In this document: in pieces, positions 29,548 to 41,800 of the stretch | How positions within the stretch are numbered: position 1 is the first letter of the stretch | Layout of the letters: every line of letters starts with the position of its first letter | Origin: an uncultured Pseudomonadota bacterium | GTDB taxonomy: Bacteria > Oederibacteriota > Muellerivitia > Muellerivitales > Muellerivitaceae | Assembly (NCBI GenBank): GCA_963770835.1 | Contig: CAVYRH010000019.1 | Coordinates: 64,001-128,000, forward strand | Length of the DNA stretch: 64,000 nucleotides | Direction of reading: 5' to 3' | Notes under the pieces: generated by a model | What the model was told of the DNA's origin: nothing | Database searches by the model: none | What the model saw: the letters and a program-made list of their open reading frames with translations, nothing else | Program-made: the position numbers and the translations under genes

Positions 29548-30660
29548 TCACAAAACCTCCCCTTCCCGGCTTTTCAAGAAGGGCCGCATCTTGTCCAGGA
29601 AAAGGGCCGTCGAAACCGCCAAGGGTACCAAATAGTAGACCAGCCGGAAGAGAAGCGCCGCCACCAGGGTGTTTTCAAAGCCCACCCCCAGCATCTTAAA
29701 GGTAAACGCCAGGAGGGATTCACTGACCCCCAACCCTGCGGGCACCGGGTTGACGTTGGAGGACAGGAACATCACCGTGAAACCCACCAGCAGAAGCCCC
29801 GGGGGCAGGTCCACCCCCACGGCCCGGAAGCAGAAATAAAGGGCCAGGGCCATAAAACCCCAGTCCGCCAAAACCCAGAAAAAGACCAGGAGCAGCCTGG
29901 AGCGCCCCCGGTGCAGGACGGCCACGGTGGCTTCCATCTCGTTGCGGATCCCCACCAAGGCGCGAACCCGGGTTTTTCCGCGCAGGAACTTGCGATGGGC
30001 CCAATGCCCCGTTCGCAGGAAGAAACGTAAAATCCACCTGCGGAACCGGCGGTTCAGGAAGATGGCCAGCATGACCGCCACAACCGCCAGGAGCCCCGCC
30101 ATGAAAAACAGCAGCGCCGCCCGCTTGAGCCCGCCGCTGAATTCGGGATGTCCCTCCAGGTAACCCAGCCCGCCCAGGCAGGCGCAGGCGAGCACCAGGT
30201 TGAAGACCGCGTTCTGGGCCAGGGAAAGGGGCACGGTCACCGAATAGGGCACTTTTTCCCGTTTGAGGATGAAAGCCCGGATTGCGATGCTGGACATGCC
30301 GCCGGAGGAGATGATGAAGTTCATCGTGTCTGCGATGAACATGGTCGAAAAAAACCTGGGAAAAGGCACGGAGTAGGGCGTCATGTTGAAAATCGCGCGG
30401 AAGGAAAAGGCGGAGGACAAATAAGCCGCGCCGGTGGCAACCAGGGCGAAAGCCAAGGGGCCTGTTTCCACACGCTGGAAAGCATCCCGGAGCTTGGAAA
30501 AATCGCTCAAAAGGGCCGTGGTCAACGCCAAAAACATGATCCCCGCGACGAACAGGAAAATCAGGAGGGGCGCTTTGGAATGGGGTGGATTCAAGGAAAT
30601 TTCCCAGGAAACGGATAAAGGCTTGGCGTTCCACCCTAGTTTAGCGGGATGGGAATCCAT
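29548..30660 (-). CDS. Lysylphosphatidylglycerol synthase TM / flippase-like (UPF0104) membrane protein
   Basis: Multi-TM protein with PAGLGVSE...ALLFRLVYY. Start uncertain. Confidence 0.85.
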   Translation of the reverse strand: MDSHPAKLGWNAKPLSVSWEISLNPPHSKAPLLIFLFVAGIMFLALTTALLSDFSKLRDAFQRVETGPLAFALVATGAAYLSSAFSFRAIFNMTPYSVPFPRFFSTMFIADTMNFIISSGGMSSIAIRAFILKREKVPYSVTVPLSLAQNAVFNLVLACACLGGLGYLEGHPEFSGGLKRAALLFFMAGLLAVVAVMLAIFLNRRFRRWILRFFLRTGHWAHRKFLRGKTRVRALVGIRNEMEATVAVLHRGRSRLLLVFFWVLADWGFMALALYFCFRAVGVDLPPGLLLVGFTVMFLSSNVNPVPAGLGVSESLLAFTFKMLGVGFENTLVAALLFRLVYYLVPLAVSTALFLDKMRPFLKSREGEVL

Positions 30661-31207
30661 TCCGGGGAAAAAAAGGCCAGGCCCCTGTGTCGAACCCACA
30701 AGGTGAGACACTCGCATTGGGTGTACCCGATCAATGATAAAAAGATCGGGTGCCCCTCTTCCGGGCCCGCCATCGGCTTGCGGTTTGATCTTTTGTGGAT
30801 AAAAGGTCCAAGCCTGAAAAAGAATTTCATTAGAGAGGGAAAATACGGATAGCATCAGAAAGTTTTTAGCATCGGCCTGTCCCCAGAAGCTTTAGCGCAG
30901 GGGGATGGGCGACGAAATTTGAATTTAAATCGCAGCATTTCACTGCGGATTGGAATGAATTGCCGGTGGTGAAGATTTCTTAAGGAATTAGGCCGGGAGC
31001 CCAAACTATATTCTATAGGCCGTAATCATCTGGCTGCTCCATGTGGCCCTTATGACCCCCTTTTTACCCCCTAAAACAAGTTTTTTTGATCCTTTTGATA
31101 ATAATTTGGATTGATCCGATCTTTTCCCGTCTAGAGGTTGGAGAACATGACGCTTGTCCTATTCCCGTGATAGCCGATTAGGGACAATGTTTTTGATGGG
31201 AGAGCAT

Positions 31208-32593
31208 ATGGCAAGAAAGCTATTTTGGGGTTTGATGATTTTAGGGGTTGTCCTAGCAGAGACGATCCTAACTGGCTGTCCAAATCATTTTAATGTCCCT
31301 TCCGCGCCCCTACCTTCCTCTTCCTTGACTCCAACCTTCACCTCAACTCTAAGCACTTCATTGACACCCACGGGAACCACTACCCCCACGGCCACGGCAA
31401 CGCCTTGCGTCACCAATACGCCTTCTAGGACCAACACCTCCACCCCGACGAATACCACTTCCATCCAGACACCTACCGCCACGCCGACATCCACGGGGAC
31501 ACCCACCGCCGTAATTACTTTGACCGTGGATCCAACCTTCATTTTGACGAATACCAACACAACCACCCCGACGAACGCAAATTCCTTTACTCCAACGGGT
31601 TTACCGACTCTGACTCCTACGAACACCGCAACCTTTACATCGACCAATACCCCGCTGATATCTTCAACTCCAACAAATACGGCCACTTCAACTGTGACGA
31701 ATAGTCCTACCAATACGGCGACTTCCATTTCCACAGCCTTGGACGCCGCCGTTAGTTTAAACCTCACTTCGGGTGTAACCACTTTGACGACCGGAATTTA
31801 TTATTTTAGCTGCGTGAATATCGGGGCGGGGTCGGTGGTGACTATTTCAGGTGCGGTAACGATCTTTACTGAATGCTTTACCTTGAATGCGGGGGCGACA
31901 ATCACGGGGATTGGGATGGGTTATCAGGGAAACACCTCATATGCCAGTGTAATTCAGCCCAACCCTGGCCCAGGTGCAGGGGCATTTAACTGGTTCGGGA
32001 TTCCATATGTATCTAGCGGGGGCGGACACGGCGGAGCCGGTCAAACAGTTTGTGATACTGGTTCTCCTGTTTGCCAAAGCTGTGTAACTGCTAATGGGGG
32101 AATAGCAAATGATGATCCGGTTCATCCTTCGTTGATGGGTAGCGGAGGGGGTGAATTGGTAGGGAATGGCGAGACTTTGGGAGTTTACTCAAACGGAGGA
32201 GGATTATTACAAGTTGTAGTTTTAAATCCTTCTAGCAATGTTTTGGGGACCGCAACCATCAACGGGACCATCGATATGAGTGGAATCCGGGGTTGTCCGC
32301 AATGCGGACCATTAGCTGAAAGCGGGGGCGGTGGGGCCGGTGGAACGATTTTGATTGAAGCGAGTACAATTTCCGGCACTGGGCTCCTACAAGCAAATGG
32401 GGGAATTTGTGGTGGAAATTGGGGCGGTGCTGGTGGGGGCGGTATTATTTCTTTGATAACTAATTCATCTTCTTTTCCAGGCACTATTTCTGTAGCAGGC
32501 GGAAATGGTGATTATTCTAGTTCACCGTGCGGTACAGGTTGGACTGGTCAAGGTATTGTGACATTCACAATAGCCCCAAGTAGCGGTTATTAA
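31208..32593 (+). CDS. Lipoprotein with a Thr/Pro stalk and a Gly/Cys-rich C-terminal domain
   Basis: Lipobox LTGC, TPT tract, GGGHGGAG / GSGGG / GGGAGGTI / GGGGII motifs. Confidence 0.8.
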   Translation: MARKLFWGLMILGVVLAETILTGCPNHFNVPSAPLPSSSLTPTFTSTLSTSLTPTGTTTPTATATPCVTNTPSRTNTSTPTNTTSIQTPTATPTSTGTPTAVITLTVDPTFILTNTNTTTPTNANSFTPTGLPTLTPTNTATFTSTNTPLISSTPTNTATSTVTNSPTNTATSISTALDAAVSLNLTSGVTTLTTGIYYFSCVNIGAGSVVTISGAVTIFTECFTLNAGATITGIGMGYQGNTSYASVIQPNPGPGAGAFNWFGIPYVSSGGGHGGAGQTVCDTGSPVCQSCVTANGGIANDDPVHPSLMGSGGGELVGNGETLGVYSNGGGLLQVVVLNPSSNVLGTATINGTIDMSGIRGCPQCGPLAESGGGGAGGTILIEASTISGTGLLQANGGICGGNWGGAGGGGIISLITNSSSFPGTISVAGGNGDYSSSPCGTGWTGQGIVTFTIAPSSGY

Positions 32594-33376
32594 TCGGTAA
32601 GCAAACAGTTGAAATAGGTATTCATGGAAGAGCCGATTTGGTAGGAGTTTTTTGATGAAGCTCGGGTCTGGCAGTCTGAAATATCGGTGTTTTTGGGGCA
32701 GACCCAGAAATGAGAAGGGTGCCTGGCCGCCATATTCCATTTCGTGCCAAACCCTCTTGAGGCGTTCTGATTCTAATACTCTTCCCTGATAATAAAGGGG
32801 GTCACCCTAATCCATTTTCGATCTTTTTGGCCGGGTCCTTCCCCACCTGGAGCACATGGCGCTCATAGGGGTAAGGCCCCCTATGCTACCCCTCCTAAAC
32901 CTAACCCATGACACCGGCCCCTTGCCCAGCCTGTCCCCCCGAAAATCGGCCAAATTGGGGGTGGTGGTGATTAAATCGCGGACCCGGGGCCGGGAAAAGG
33001 CGGCCTTCCCGGTATTCTTCATATTTTCTGGAGATTCTCCAGAACTTGTCCCCTTCCAAGCGGATGAAATTCAGCCGCTGAATTTTTGGGACCCCGGCAT
33101 CTTCCGATAACTTCAACAATCCTTGTTGGGAAGGCCGGTTTTTAGGCAATTCTCCGCCCGCGAATCCAGCAGGGGGCTACCCCAACGGTCGCTGCGGCCT
33201 AGTCACTAGGTAAGGCCCTCGGCCAACCGCCAAGAATGACTCCCAGGTCAAAGGGAGCCTTCCCGGTTTGCTTCCAATTTCGGGGTTTTCGGACATATGA
33301 AAAACAAGGGTTTCCGTGTTCTTCCGCAATGATTTGGGAATGTCATTATTCCCCTTATTTTTCGCGTTGCTCGGCG

Positions 33377-34362
33377 CATGCCTATCCGCAAAGCGCATGT
33401 TGAAATAAAGGAATACAAGCGTATTCTATCCACTGAAGGAGGTGTTTCATGAACTACCAGCGGATGAAAACGGTTGAGATTTTCAGGGAAATTGATACTG
33501 AGAAGAAAGCCCTTGAGTGGATCTGGAAGAGTCGTTTTGGGGGAAAAGCTTTTATTTGCCCCCACTGTGAGAACGAAAGCTATTGGCAGCATCAAAGTCG
33601 CCCGGAAATAAGGCAATGTGACTCTTGCTCAAAACAAATCCGGGTGCGGGCAGGAACCATTTTCCAGCATTCCAAGCTTCCCTTGCTCGTTTGGGTGAGG
33701 GCTATCGGTTTTGTCATGCAAGGTAAAAGAGGCATGGCGGCCGAGGAACTTAAACGGCATCTGGGGAGACGTTACGAAACAGTCTGGGGGATGCTGCAAA
33801 AGATGCGGGAAGCTTTGGAACAACGGGAAAAACCCTATCAGCTCAAGGATTTGATCGAATTGGATGGGGCTTTTTTAGGGCGTCGTCGTTATTACAATCA
33901 AGTCGCATTACTTATTGGGGTTGAAAGTAAGGAATGGGTGGACGAGAAAGGTCGAAAAAAGCCAAAAGCTGGATTTGCCAAAGTGAAAGTGGCCTCTGAA
34001 ACCCTCTGGCATGCCAACGAATTCGTCAATCAAGCCATCCAAAAGGACTCGCGGATACGCATGGACGCTAGTTCCCGTTTAAGGAAGCTGGAAAACGTAA
34101 CGGTGGAATACGAGAAAATGGACAGAAACCGTCAAGCTTGTGACCGCTGGTTGCCGTGGGTTCATAAGTTCATTTCCAATGCCAAGACATGGATTCTTGG
34201 AACCCATCATGGGGTAGGAGTCAGATATGTTGGCCGTTACTTGGCCGAATACACCTATCGCTTCAACCGACGGCATGACCCGGATTCCTTATTCCACAGA
34301 GCTTTAACCGCCTGTGCACTCGCTAAACCCATAACTTTACATGCGCTTTGCGGATAGGCATG
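33377..34362 (+). mobile_element. Complete IS1595-family insertion sequence (986 bp)
   Basis: Perfect 24-bp TIRs CATGCCTATCCGCAAAGCGCATGT at 33377-33400 and 34339-34362; 8-bp direct repeat GCTCGGCG on both flanks. Confidence 0.93.
33449..34357 (+). CDS. IS1595-family (ISXO2-like) transposase
   Basis: N-terminal CPHC/CDSC zinc ribbon, GTIF..SKLPL, IELD, ISNAK..I.GTHHGV and YL.EY.YRFNRR motifs. Confidence 0.93.
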   Translation: MNYQRMKTVEIFREIDTEKKALEWIWKSRFGGKAFICPHCENESYWQHQSRPEIRQCDSCSKQIRVRAGTIFQHSKLPLLVWVRAIGFVMQGKRGMAAEELKRHLGRRYETVWGMLQKMREALEQREKPYQLKDLIELDGAFLGRRRYYNQVALLIGVESKEWVDEKGRKKPKAGFAKVKVASETLWHANEFVNQAIQKDSRIRMDASSRLRKLENVTVEYEKMDRNRQACDRWLPWVHKFISNAKTWILGTHHGVGVRYVGRYLAEYTYRFNRRHDPDSLFHRALTACALAKPITLHALCG

Positions 34363-34415
34363 GCTCGGCGCAACTCGATTTACAGGGATTTTAGTGGTGT
34401 TTTTAGGTTTCGGCC

Positions 34416-34958
34416 TCAGCCCCGCTCGAACCGGGCGAAGTGGGCGGGCAGGGGGATGCCGAACCGGTCGCACAGCGCCTTGACGTCCCGGTAGTCGTCC
34501 CCGTCCGGCTCGTAGCCCTCATGGAATTTGACCAGCCACTCCGCCGGAATGCACCGGACGGGGCGGCCCCCGATGGTTCCCCGGCCTGTCAGATGTTCCG
34601 GGAAGTAGGCGACGCCGAAAATATTCCGGCCCGCCTGGTCGAACTCATAGGAGTGGACGTCCACCCGGCGCCCGCGGGCGTCGCCCAGGACGAAGTTGCA
34701 ATCCCGCCGGTCCGGGCTGGGGACATCGCCGTAGCCGAGGGCTTCCAGGGCTTCCCGCAGTTTCGGCACATCCCGGTGCCGGAGCGCGATATCCAGGTCC
34801 CCATGGGACCGGGTTTGCCCGCCCAGCAGGGCGTCCACAGCCCAGCCGCCGTCCACCACCACCTCGATGCCGTTGGATTGGAAGCGGTCAAGGAGCTCAA
34901 GGACGGTGGTAACGTCCATTAGGTTGGATGGTTCCGCCGGGTCCGGCATTCTTGCCAC
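34416..34958 (-). CDS. LinA/ANT(2'')-like nucleotidyltransferase
   Basis: DGGWAVDALLG.QTR.H.DLD, VDVH and V.FH.GY motifs. Confidence 0.85.
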   Translation of the reverse strand: MARMPDPAEPSNLMDVTTVLELLDRFQSNGIEVVVDGGWAVDALLGGQTRSHGDLDIALRHRDVPKLREALEALGYGDVPSPDRRDCNFVLGDARGRRVDVHSYEFDQAGRNIFGVAYFPEHLTGRGTIGGRPVRCIPAEWLVKFHEGYEPDGDDYRDVKALCDRFGIPLPAHFARFERG

Positions 34959-35032
34959 CTACCGGTAAGTCATTGGAATTTTAACGGCGATTCGGGGGCA
35001 ACCCCGCTTTTCCTTGAATAAGAACCCATCGG

Positions 35033-35773
35033 TCATGATGAAACTTCGCTCAAAAATTCTTTTAAAATCTTCACATCCTCATTTTTTAACATCAAAAATC
35101 GAAGACCGGCGCCCAATTCATTGGCCCAAACAACTTCAGCGTAAAAGTTCAAACGCTTTGATATAGCGGGCAGGGAAAAATGGACCCGCAGGATGCTGCC
35201 CGCAAGCAGCTTTTGGTCCGCTAATACATACATTCCTCCCAAACTCATATCCACGGTTTGCGCCCTTTTTTCTTTCGTTCGCCAATCTATACCATCCTCA
35301 AATTCCTCATCGTCCTTTACCAACAGGTATTCGACCGGTACTTTGACTTGGGTCCGGGGATAGGCTCTTTTTTCCATGAGCATGGTGCCTTGGATCATTT
35401 TTCCCGCTTCGTCTTCCCGCCCGGCACGGGGCTTAAAACCACTGGTATCGATCCTCGAAAAAAGCCGCGAAAAAGAAACATCCAAGGTTTGGGCAATCTT
35501 TTTAACGGCCTTGGCCGACGTATGCACCTCATCCAAGGCGGATTCGATATGGGCAATAACCTCCGTAGGTTCCCCTGCTTTTTCGGCTAATTCCTCCTGG
35601 CTCCAACCTTTTTCCCTTCTCAGTTCAAACACGTTGAAAGCCAGGCATGGCCAAGGTTCCCAGCCATTCAAATCCTTATAAATCCGTGGATTTTTCTTTT
35701 TAAACTCAAGCAGGCACTCGGCATGGGTTGCCGTTCGTGAGTTTTCCGGGTTCTGTGAGTCTTCGGTATTCAT
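35033..35773 (-). CDS. XRE-type HTH / PilZ fusion protein
   Basis: LRREKGWSQEELAEKAG HTH; C-terminal RAYPR and DMSLGG motifs. Confidence 0.85.
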   Translation of the reverse strand: MNTEDSQNPENSRTATHAECLLEFKKKNPRIYKDLNGWEPWPCLAFNVFELRREKGWSQEELAEKAGEPTEVIAHIESALDEVHTSAKAVKKIAQTLDVSFSRLFSRIDTSGFKPRAGREDEAGKMIQGTMLMEKRAYPRTQVKVPVEYLLVKDDEEFEDGIDWRTKEKRAQTVDMSLGGMYVLADQKLLAGSILRVHFSLPAISKRLNFYAEVVWANELGAGLRFLMLKNEDVKILKEFLSEVSS

Positions 35774-35883
35774 AAAGGCCCTTTCAAAATTCCACGGCGG
35801 CTTTTCGCCCAGTCTTAAGAAACTGGAATTTCAGTGAATTAGTTTATCCACGACGGGGGGCCAGGTAATAGTTTTTTCGGGAA

Positions 35884-38800
35884 TCAGTGGATGATTTGGA
35901 TCCGGAGGACTTTGTGGCCGATGATTCCGGTGGCCGAACGCATTTCCACCACGGCCAGGTAGGTGCCGCTGGCGATGGAAACCCCGCTCAAGTCCCAATC
36001 CACTTCACCCGGGGTGCCCGGGTTGCTGGTGAGGTTGGTCCTTAACAGTTCCCCGGCTACGGTGTAAATCCGGATATCGGCATGCGTCAACTGCCCGCCG
36101 GCGGTGTTGATGAGGAACCGGGCCTGGGTTGTCTGGTTCAAGTTGATCGGGTTGGGGGCCATCACCACCCCCGAGATGGCGTTGGCCCCGCTGTTCACGA
36201 TATGCACCGGCATGACGATTTGCTGGGTAGTGCCGCCCGTGGTGGTGGATTGGATCTCAATATAGTAGGTCCCCGAGGTTAAGAACCCCCCCGTTTCTCC
36301 CGATCCGTCCCAATTGAAGCTGCGGCCCGATCCCAGGGTGATGGCGATGTTGTTGTTGGTTCCCGCGGCGTAGGAAACCACCAGGTTATTGCTGGAAAGC
36401 TTCGCGTTCATCACATTGTAATCCGCCGGCATCAAGGACCCCGAAGCGCCCCCCAACATGGCCTGGATCTGGGCCTGCGTAAAGGTCTTCACAACCTCGC
36501 CCGCCTCGTTATAGACCGCCACTTGCAGCGTGCTGCTGGCGATGTTCACCGTGACGTCCTTGGTGACGGTCGTGACCACACCCAGGGGATCGGTGCTCTG
36601 GATCTTGATGAAATATTCCCCGTCGGTGACCTTGGTGCCGCTGGAATTGGTGGCATCCCACGTTCCAATATTCACCCCGTCGTAGATGACCTGGGCCGTC
36701 TGGGAATCCGTGGTAATGACCCCGTTCTGGAGGGTGAAGTTGGAAATGGCGGTGCCCATGTCGAAGGTGGCCAGGGTCTTCACCAGTTCACCCGCCTGGT
36801 TGTAAACCGCCAGCTGGATTAAATAGGCCCCCGTTACGGTCACCCCGTTGGTGGCGCAGACCATCCCGTTGGCGAAAGTCAGGCAGGCCTTATTGAGCAA
36901 AGTGGAGGCCGTGATGTTGGACTCTTCCACGGAGGCCTGGATTTGGTAAGTGACCGTCATTGAGGCGCCCGGCCCCAGGGAAGCAATGTTCCAAGTCAGG
37001 GTGTTCGCGGCCGTGCTATAGGCCCCGCCGTTGGAAGCGGAACCCTGGACATAAGTCATGAGGGTGGTGGCGGGCAGGCTGTCGGTCAAAACCGCGTTGG
37101 TGACCAGGACACCACTGGGGTTGGAATAGACCAGGGTGTAGTTGATGAAATCGAGGGGTTTGGCGTTCGTTTCCGAGGAGGTCTTGACCAGGGACAGGTA
37201 AGGCGTGGGCGTCGGGGTGAAGGTCATCGTGAAGGTGTAGGTCGGCGTGGCCGTGAAGGTGGAAGTGGCCGTATTCGTGCGCGTAAAGGTGGGGGTCGGG
37301 GTGGGGGTATAGGTGGGCGTCGAGGTCGGGGTGGAGGTATGGGTGTTGGTCGGGCTATTGGTGGAAGTGTAGGTCGGCGTGTAGGTGTCCGTCATCGTGG
37401 GCGTGCTGGTGGGGGTGGAAGTATTGGTCATCGTCGGCGTCATCGTCGGCGTCAAGGTGGGTGTGAGGGTAGCCGTGTTGGTGGGGGTGGCGGAAGGCGT
37501 GCTCGTATAGGTATTGGTCGGCGTTTGGGTGACGGTGGCGGTGGGGGTGCTGGTCGTCGTATTCGTGGCCGTGGCGGTGGGCGTTTGGGTGGGTGTCATC
37601 GTGGGTGTTCCCGTCGTCGTGGAAGTCGGTGTATCGGTGGCCGTGTTGGTGGACGTATAGGTGTTAGTGGCGGTGGCCGTGTTCGTCGGCGTCCCGGTGG
37701 CCGTCGGGGTGGGAGTGTCGGTGGCGGTATTCGTGGCCGTCGCGGTGGGCGTCTGGGTGACGGTCAAAGTGGGGGTTCCCGTCGCCGTGGAGGTCGGTGT
37801 ATCGGTGGCCGTGTTGGTGGCTGTATTGGTGGCGGTGGCGGTGGCCGTATTCGCCGGCGTATTGGTGGCCGTATCGGTGGCGGTTGAGGTGGCCGTATTC
37901 GTGGCCGTGGAAGTATCCGTCATCGTCGCCGTGTTGCTGGCGGTGGCTGTGGCGGTGCTGGTCGCCGTATTGGTGGCCGTACTGGTAGGCGTATTCGTGG
38001 CCGTGTCCGTCGCCGTATTCGTCGGTGTACTGGTCGCCGTCAACGTAGCCGTGTTGGTGGCCGTGTTCGTCGCGGTGGCGGTAGCCGTATCCGTGGCGGT
38101 GTTGGTCGGCGAATTGGACGTGGTCGGCGTCGGGGTATTGGTCGCGGTGGCGGTAGCCGTATCCGTAGCCGTGTTTGTGGCCGTCGAGGTGGCGGTGTCG
38201 GTGGCTGTATTGGTCGGCGTATTCGAAGTCGTGGGTGTGGCCGTATTGGTGGCCGTATTCGTGGCCGTGGCGGTTGAGGTGTTGGTGGCCGTGTTGGTGG
38301 CCGTACCAGTCGGCGTATTCGTGGCCGTGTTGGTCGGGGTGTTGGACGTTGTCGGGGTCGCAGTGTTGGTAGCCGTGTTGCTGGCCGTCGAAGTGGCGGT
38401 CAAGGTGGCCGTGTTCGTCGCCGTATCCGTGGCGGTGTTGGTGGCGGTGTTCGTCGGCGTATTGATAGAGGTATTGGTCGCCGTATTCGTCGCGGTGGCG
38501 GTGGCCGTGTTCGTGGCTGTATTTGTAGCCGTAGAGGTAGCGGTGTTGGTAGCCGTATTGGTCGGCGTGTTGGTGGTGGTCGGAGTCGCGGTATTGGTGG
38601 CCGTATTGGTGGCAGTGGCGGTGGCCGTATTCGTGGCCGTGTTGGTCGGGGTGTTGGAAGTTGTCGGGGTTGCGGTATTAGTAGCCGTGTTCGTCGCTGT
38701 GGCAGTGGCCGTGTTTGTGGCGGTGTTGGTGGTCGTCGAGGTAGCGGTGTTGGTGGCTGTGTTCGTCGCGGTGCCCGTAGCCGTGTTGGTCGCGGTATTC

Positions 38801-41800
38801 GTCGGCGTATTAATAGAGGTATTGGTGGCCGTATTCGTCGCGGTGGCGGTAGCCGTATCCGTAGCCGTATTTGTGGCCGTGCTTGTCGCCGTATTCGTTG
38901 CCGTATTGGTCGGCGTATTGGTGGTGGTCGGAGTCGCGGTATTGGTGGCAGTGTTCGTGGCCGTGCTGGTGGCTGTATTCGTCGCCGTGTTGGTCGGGGT
39001 GTTGGAAGTTGTCGGGGTCGCGGTATTAGTAGCCGTGTTCGTCGCTGTGGCAGTGGCCGTGTTCGTGGCGGTGTTGGTGGTCGTCGAGGTAGCGGTGTTG
39101 GTGGCTGTGTTCGTCGCGGTGCTCGTAGCCGTATTGGTCGCGGTGTTCGTCGGCGTATTGATAGAGGTATTGGTGGCCGTATTCGTCGCGGTGGCGGTGG
39201 CCGTGTTTGTGGCTGTATTTGTAGCCGTAGAGGTAGCGGTGCTGGTAGCCGTATTGGTCGGCGTATTGGTTGTAGTCGGAGTAGGCGTATTCGTGGCAGT
39301 GTTCGTGGCAGTGCTGGTGGCCGTATTCGTCGCCGTGTTGGTCGGTGTGTTGGAAGTTGTCGGGGTCGCGGTATTGGTAGCCGTGTTCGTCGCCGTGGCA
39401 GTGGCCGTGTTAGTGGCGGTATTGGTGGTCGTCGAGGTAGCAGTGTTAGTGGCTGTGTTCGTCGCCGTATCCGTGGCCGTGTTAGTTGAAGTGTTGGTCG
39501 GCGTGTTGATAGAGGTATTGGTCGCCGTGTTCGTCGCGGTGGCGGTGGCCGTGTTTGTGGCTGTATTTGTAGCCGTAGAGGTAGCGGTGCTGGTAGCCGT
39601 ATTGGTCGGCGTATTGGTTGTAGTCGGAGTAGGCGTATTCGTGGCAGTGTTGGTGGCCGTATTCGTCGCCGTGTTGGTCGGGGTGTTGGAAGTTGTCGGG
39701 GTCGCGGTATTGGTAGCCGTGTTGGTCGCCGTGGCAGTCGCCGTGTTCGTGGCCGTGTTGGTGGTCGTCGAGGTAGCGGTATTGGTGGCTGTGTTCGTCG
39801 CCGTATCCGTGGCCGTGTTGGTGGCGGTATTAGTCGGCGTATTGATGGAGGTATTGGTCGCAGTGTTCGTCGCAGTGGCGGTGGCCGTGTTCGTGGCAGT
39901 GTTGGTAGCCGTAGAGGTAGCGGTGTTGGTGGCCGTATTGGTCGGCGTATTAGTTGTAGTCGGAGTTGCGGTATTGGTAGCAGTGTTCGTGGCCGTGCTG
40001 GTGGCCGTATTCGTCGCCGTGTTGGTGGGAGTGTTGGAGGTTGTCGGGGTCGCGGTATTGGTAGCCGTGTTGGTCGCCGTGGCAGTGGCCGTGTTCGTGG
40101 CAGTATTGGTGGTCGTCGAGGTAGCGGTGTTTGTGGCTGTGTTCGTCGCCGTGTTCGTGGCCGTGTTGGTGGCGGTATTCGTCGGCGTATTGATAGAGGT
40201 ATTGGTGGCCGTATTCGTCGCGGTGGCGGTAGCCGTGTTCGTGGCAGTGTTGGTAGCCGTAGAGGTAGCGGTGTTGGTAGCCGTATTGGTCGGCGTGTTG
40301 GTGGTGGTCGGAGTCGCGGTATTGGTAGCAGTGTTCGTGGCCGTGCTGGTGGCTGTATTCGTCGCCGTGTTGGTCGGGGTGTTGGAAGTTGTCGGGGTCG
40401 CAGTGTTGGTAGCCGTGTTGGTCGCCGTGGCAGTGGCCGTGTTCGTGGCAGTATTGGTGGTCGTCGAGGTAGCGGTGTTTGTGGCTGTGTTCGTCGCCGT
40501 GTTCGTGGCCGTGTTGGTGGCGGTATTCGTCGGCGTATTGATAGAGGTATTGGTGGCCGTATTCGTCGCGGTGGCGGTAGCCGTGTTCGTGGCAGTGTTG
40601 GTAGCCGTAGAGGTAGCGGTGTTGGTAGCCGTATTGGTCGGCGTGTTGGTGGTGGTCGGAGTCGCGGTATTGGTAGCAGTGTTCGTGGCCGTGCTGGTGG
40701 CTGTATTCGTCGCCGTGTTGGTCGGGGTGTTGGAAGTTGTCGGGGTCGCAGTGTTGGTAGCCGTGTTCGTCGCCGTGGCAGTGGCCGTGTTCGTGGCAGT
40801 GTTGGTGGTCGTCGAGGTAGAGGTATTGGTGGCCGTATTAGTCGCCGTGTTCGTGGCCGTGTTGGTGGCGGTATTCGTCGGCGTATTGATAGAGGTATTG
40901 GTCGCCGTGTTCGTCGCGGTGGCGGTGGCCGTGTTCGTGGCTGTATTTGTAGCCGTCGAGGTAGCAGTGTTGGTAGCCGTATTGGTCGGCGTATTGGTGG
41001 TGGTCGGCGTTGCGGTATTGGTAGCAGTGTTCGTCGCCGTCTTGGTGGCCGTATTCGTCGCCGTGTTGGTCGGCGTATTGGAGGTTGTCGGGGTCGCGGT
41101 ATTGGTAGCCGTGCTTGTCGCCGTGGCAGTGGCCGTGTTCGTGGCAGTGTTGGTGGTCGTCGAGGTAGCGGTGTTGGTGGCAGTGTTAGTCGCCGTGTTC
41201 GTGGCCGTGTTGGTGGCGGTATTAGTCGGCGTATTAATAGAGGTATTGGTGGCCGTGTTCGTCGCGGTGGCGGTGGCCGTATTCGTAGCTGTATTTGTGG
41301 CCGTGCTTGTCGCCGTATTCGTTGCCGTATTGGTCGGCGTATTGGTTGCAGTCGGAGTCGCGGTATTGGTAGCAGTGTTCGTGGCCGTGCTGGTGGCTGT
41401 ATTCGTCGCCGTGTTGGTCGGTGTGTTGGAAGTTGTCGGGGTCGCGGTATTGGTAGCCGTGTTCGTCGCCGTGGCAGTGGCCGTGTTAGTGGCAGTATTG
41501 GTGGTCGTCGAGGTAGCAGTGTTAGTGGCTGTGTTCGTCGCCGTATCCGTGGCCGTGTTGGTGGCGGTATTCGTCGGCGTATTGATAGAGGTATTGGTCG
41601 CCGTGTTCGTCGCGGTGGCGGTAGCCGTATTCGTAGCTGTGTTGGTGGCCGTGCTTGTCGCCGTATTCGTTGCCGTGTTGGTCGGTGTATTGGTGGTGGT
41701 CGGCGTTGCTGTGTCCGTGGCAGTATTCGTCGCCGTCTTGGTGGCCGTATTTGTGGCCGTGTTGGTGGGAGTATTGGAGGTTGTCGGGGTTGCGGTATTG

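Noticed and set aside
32807..33398. Short ORFs left of the IS, with a possible in-frame TAG readthrough at 33177
   Set aside because: No recognisable domain or RBS; cannot be distinguished from non-coding or decayed DNA.
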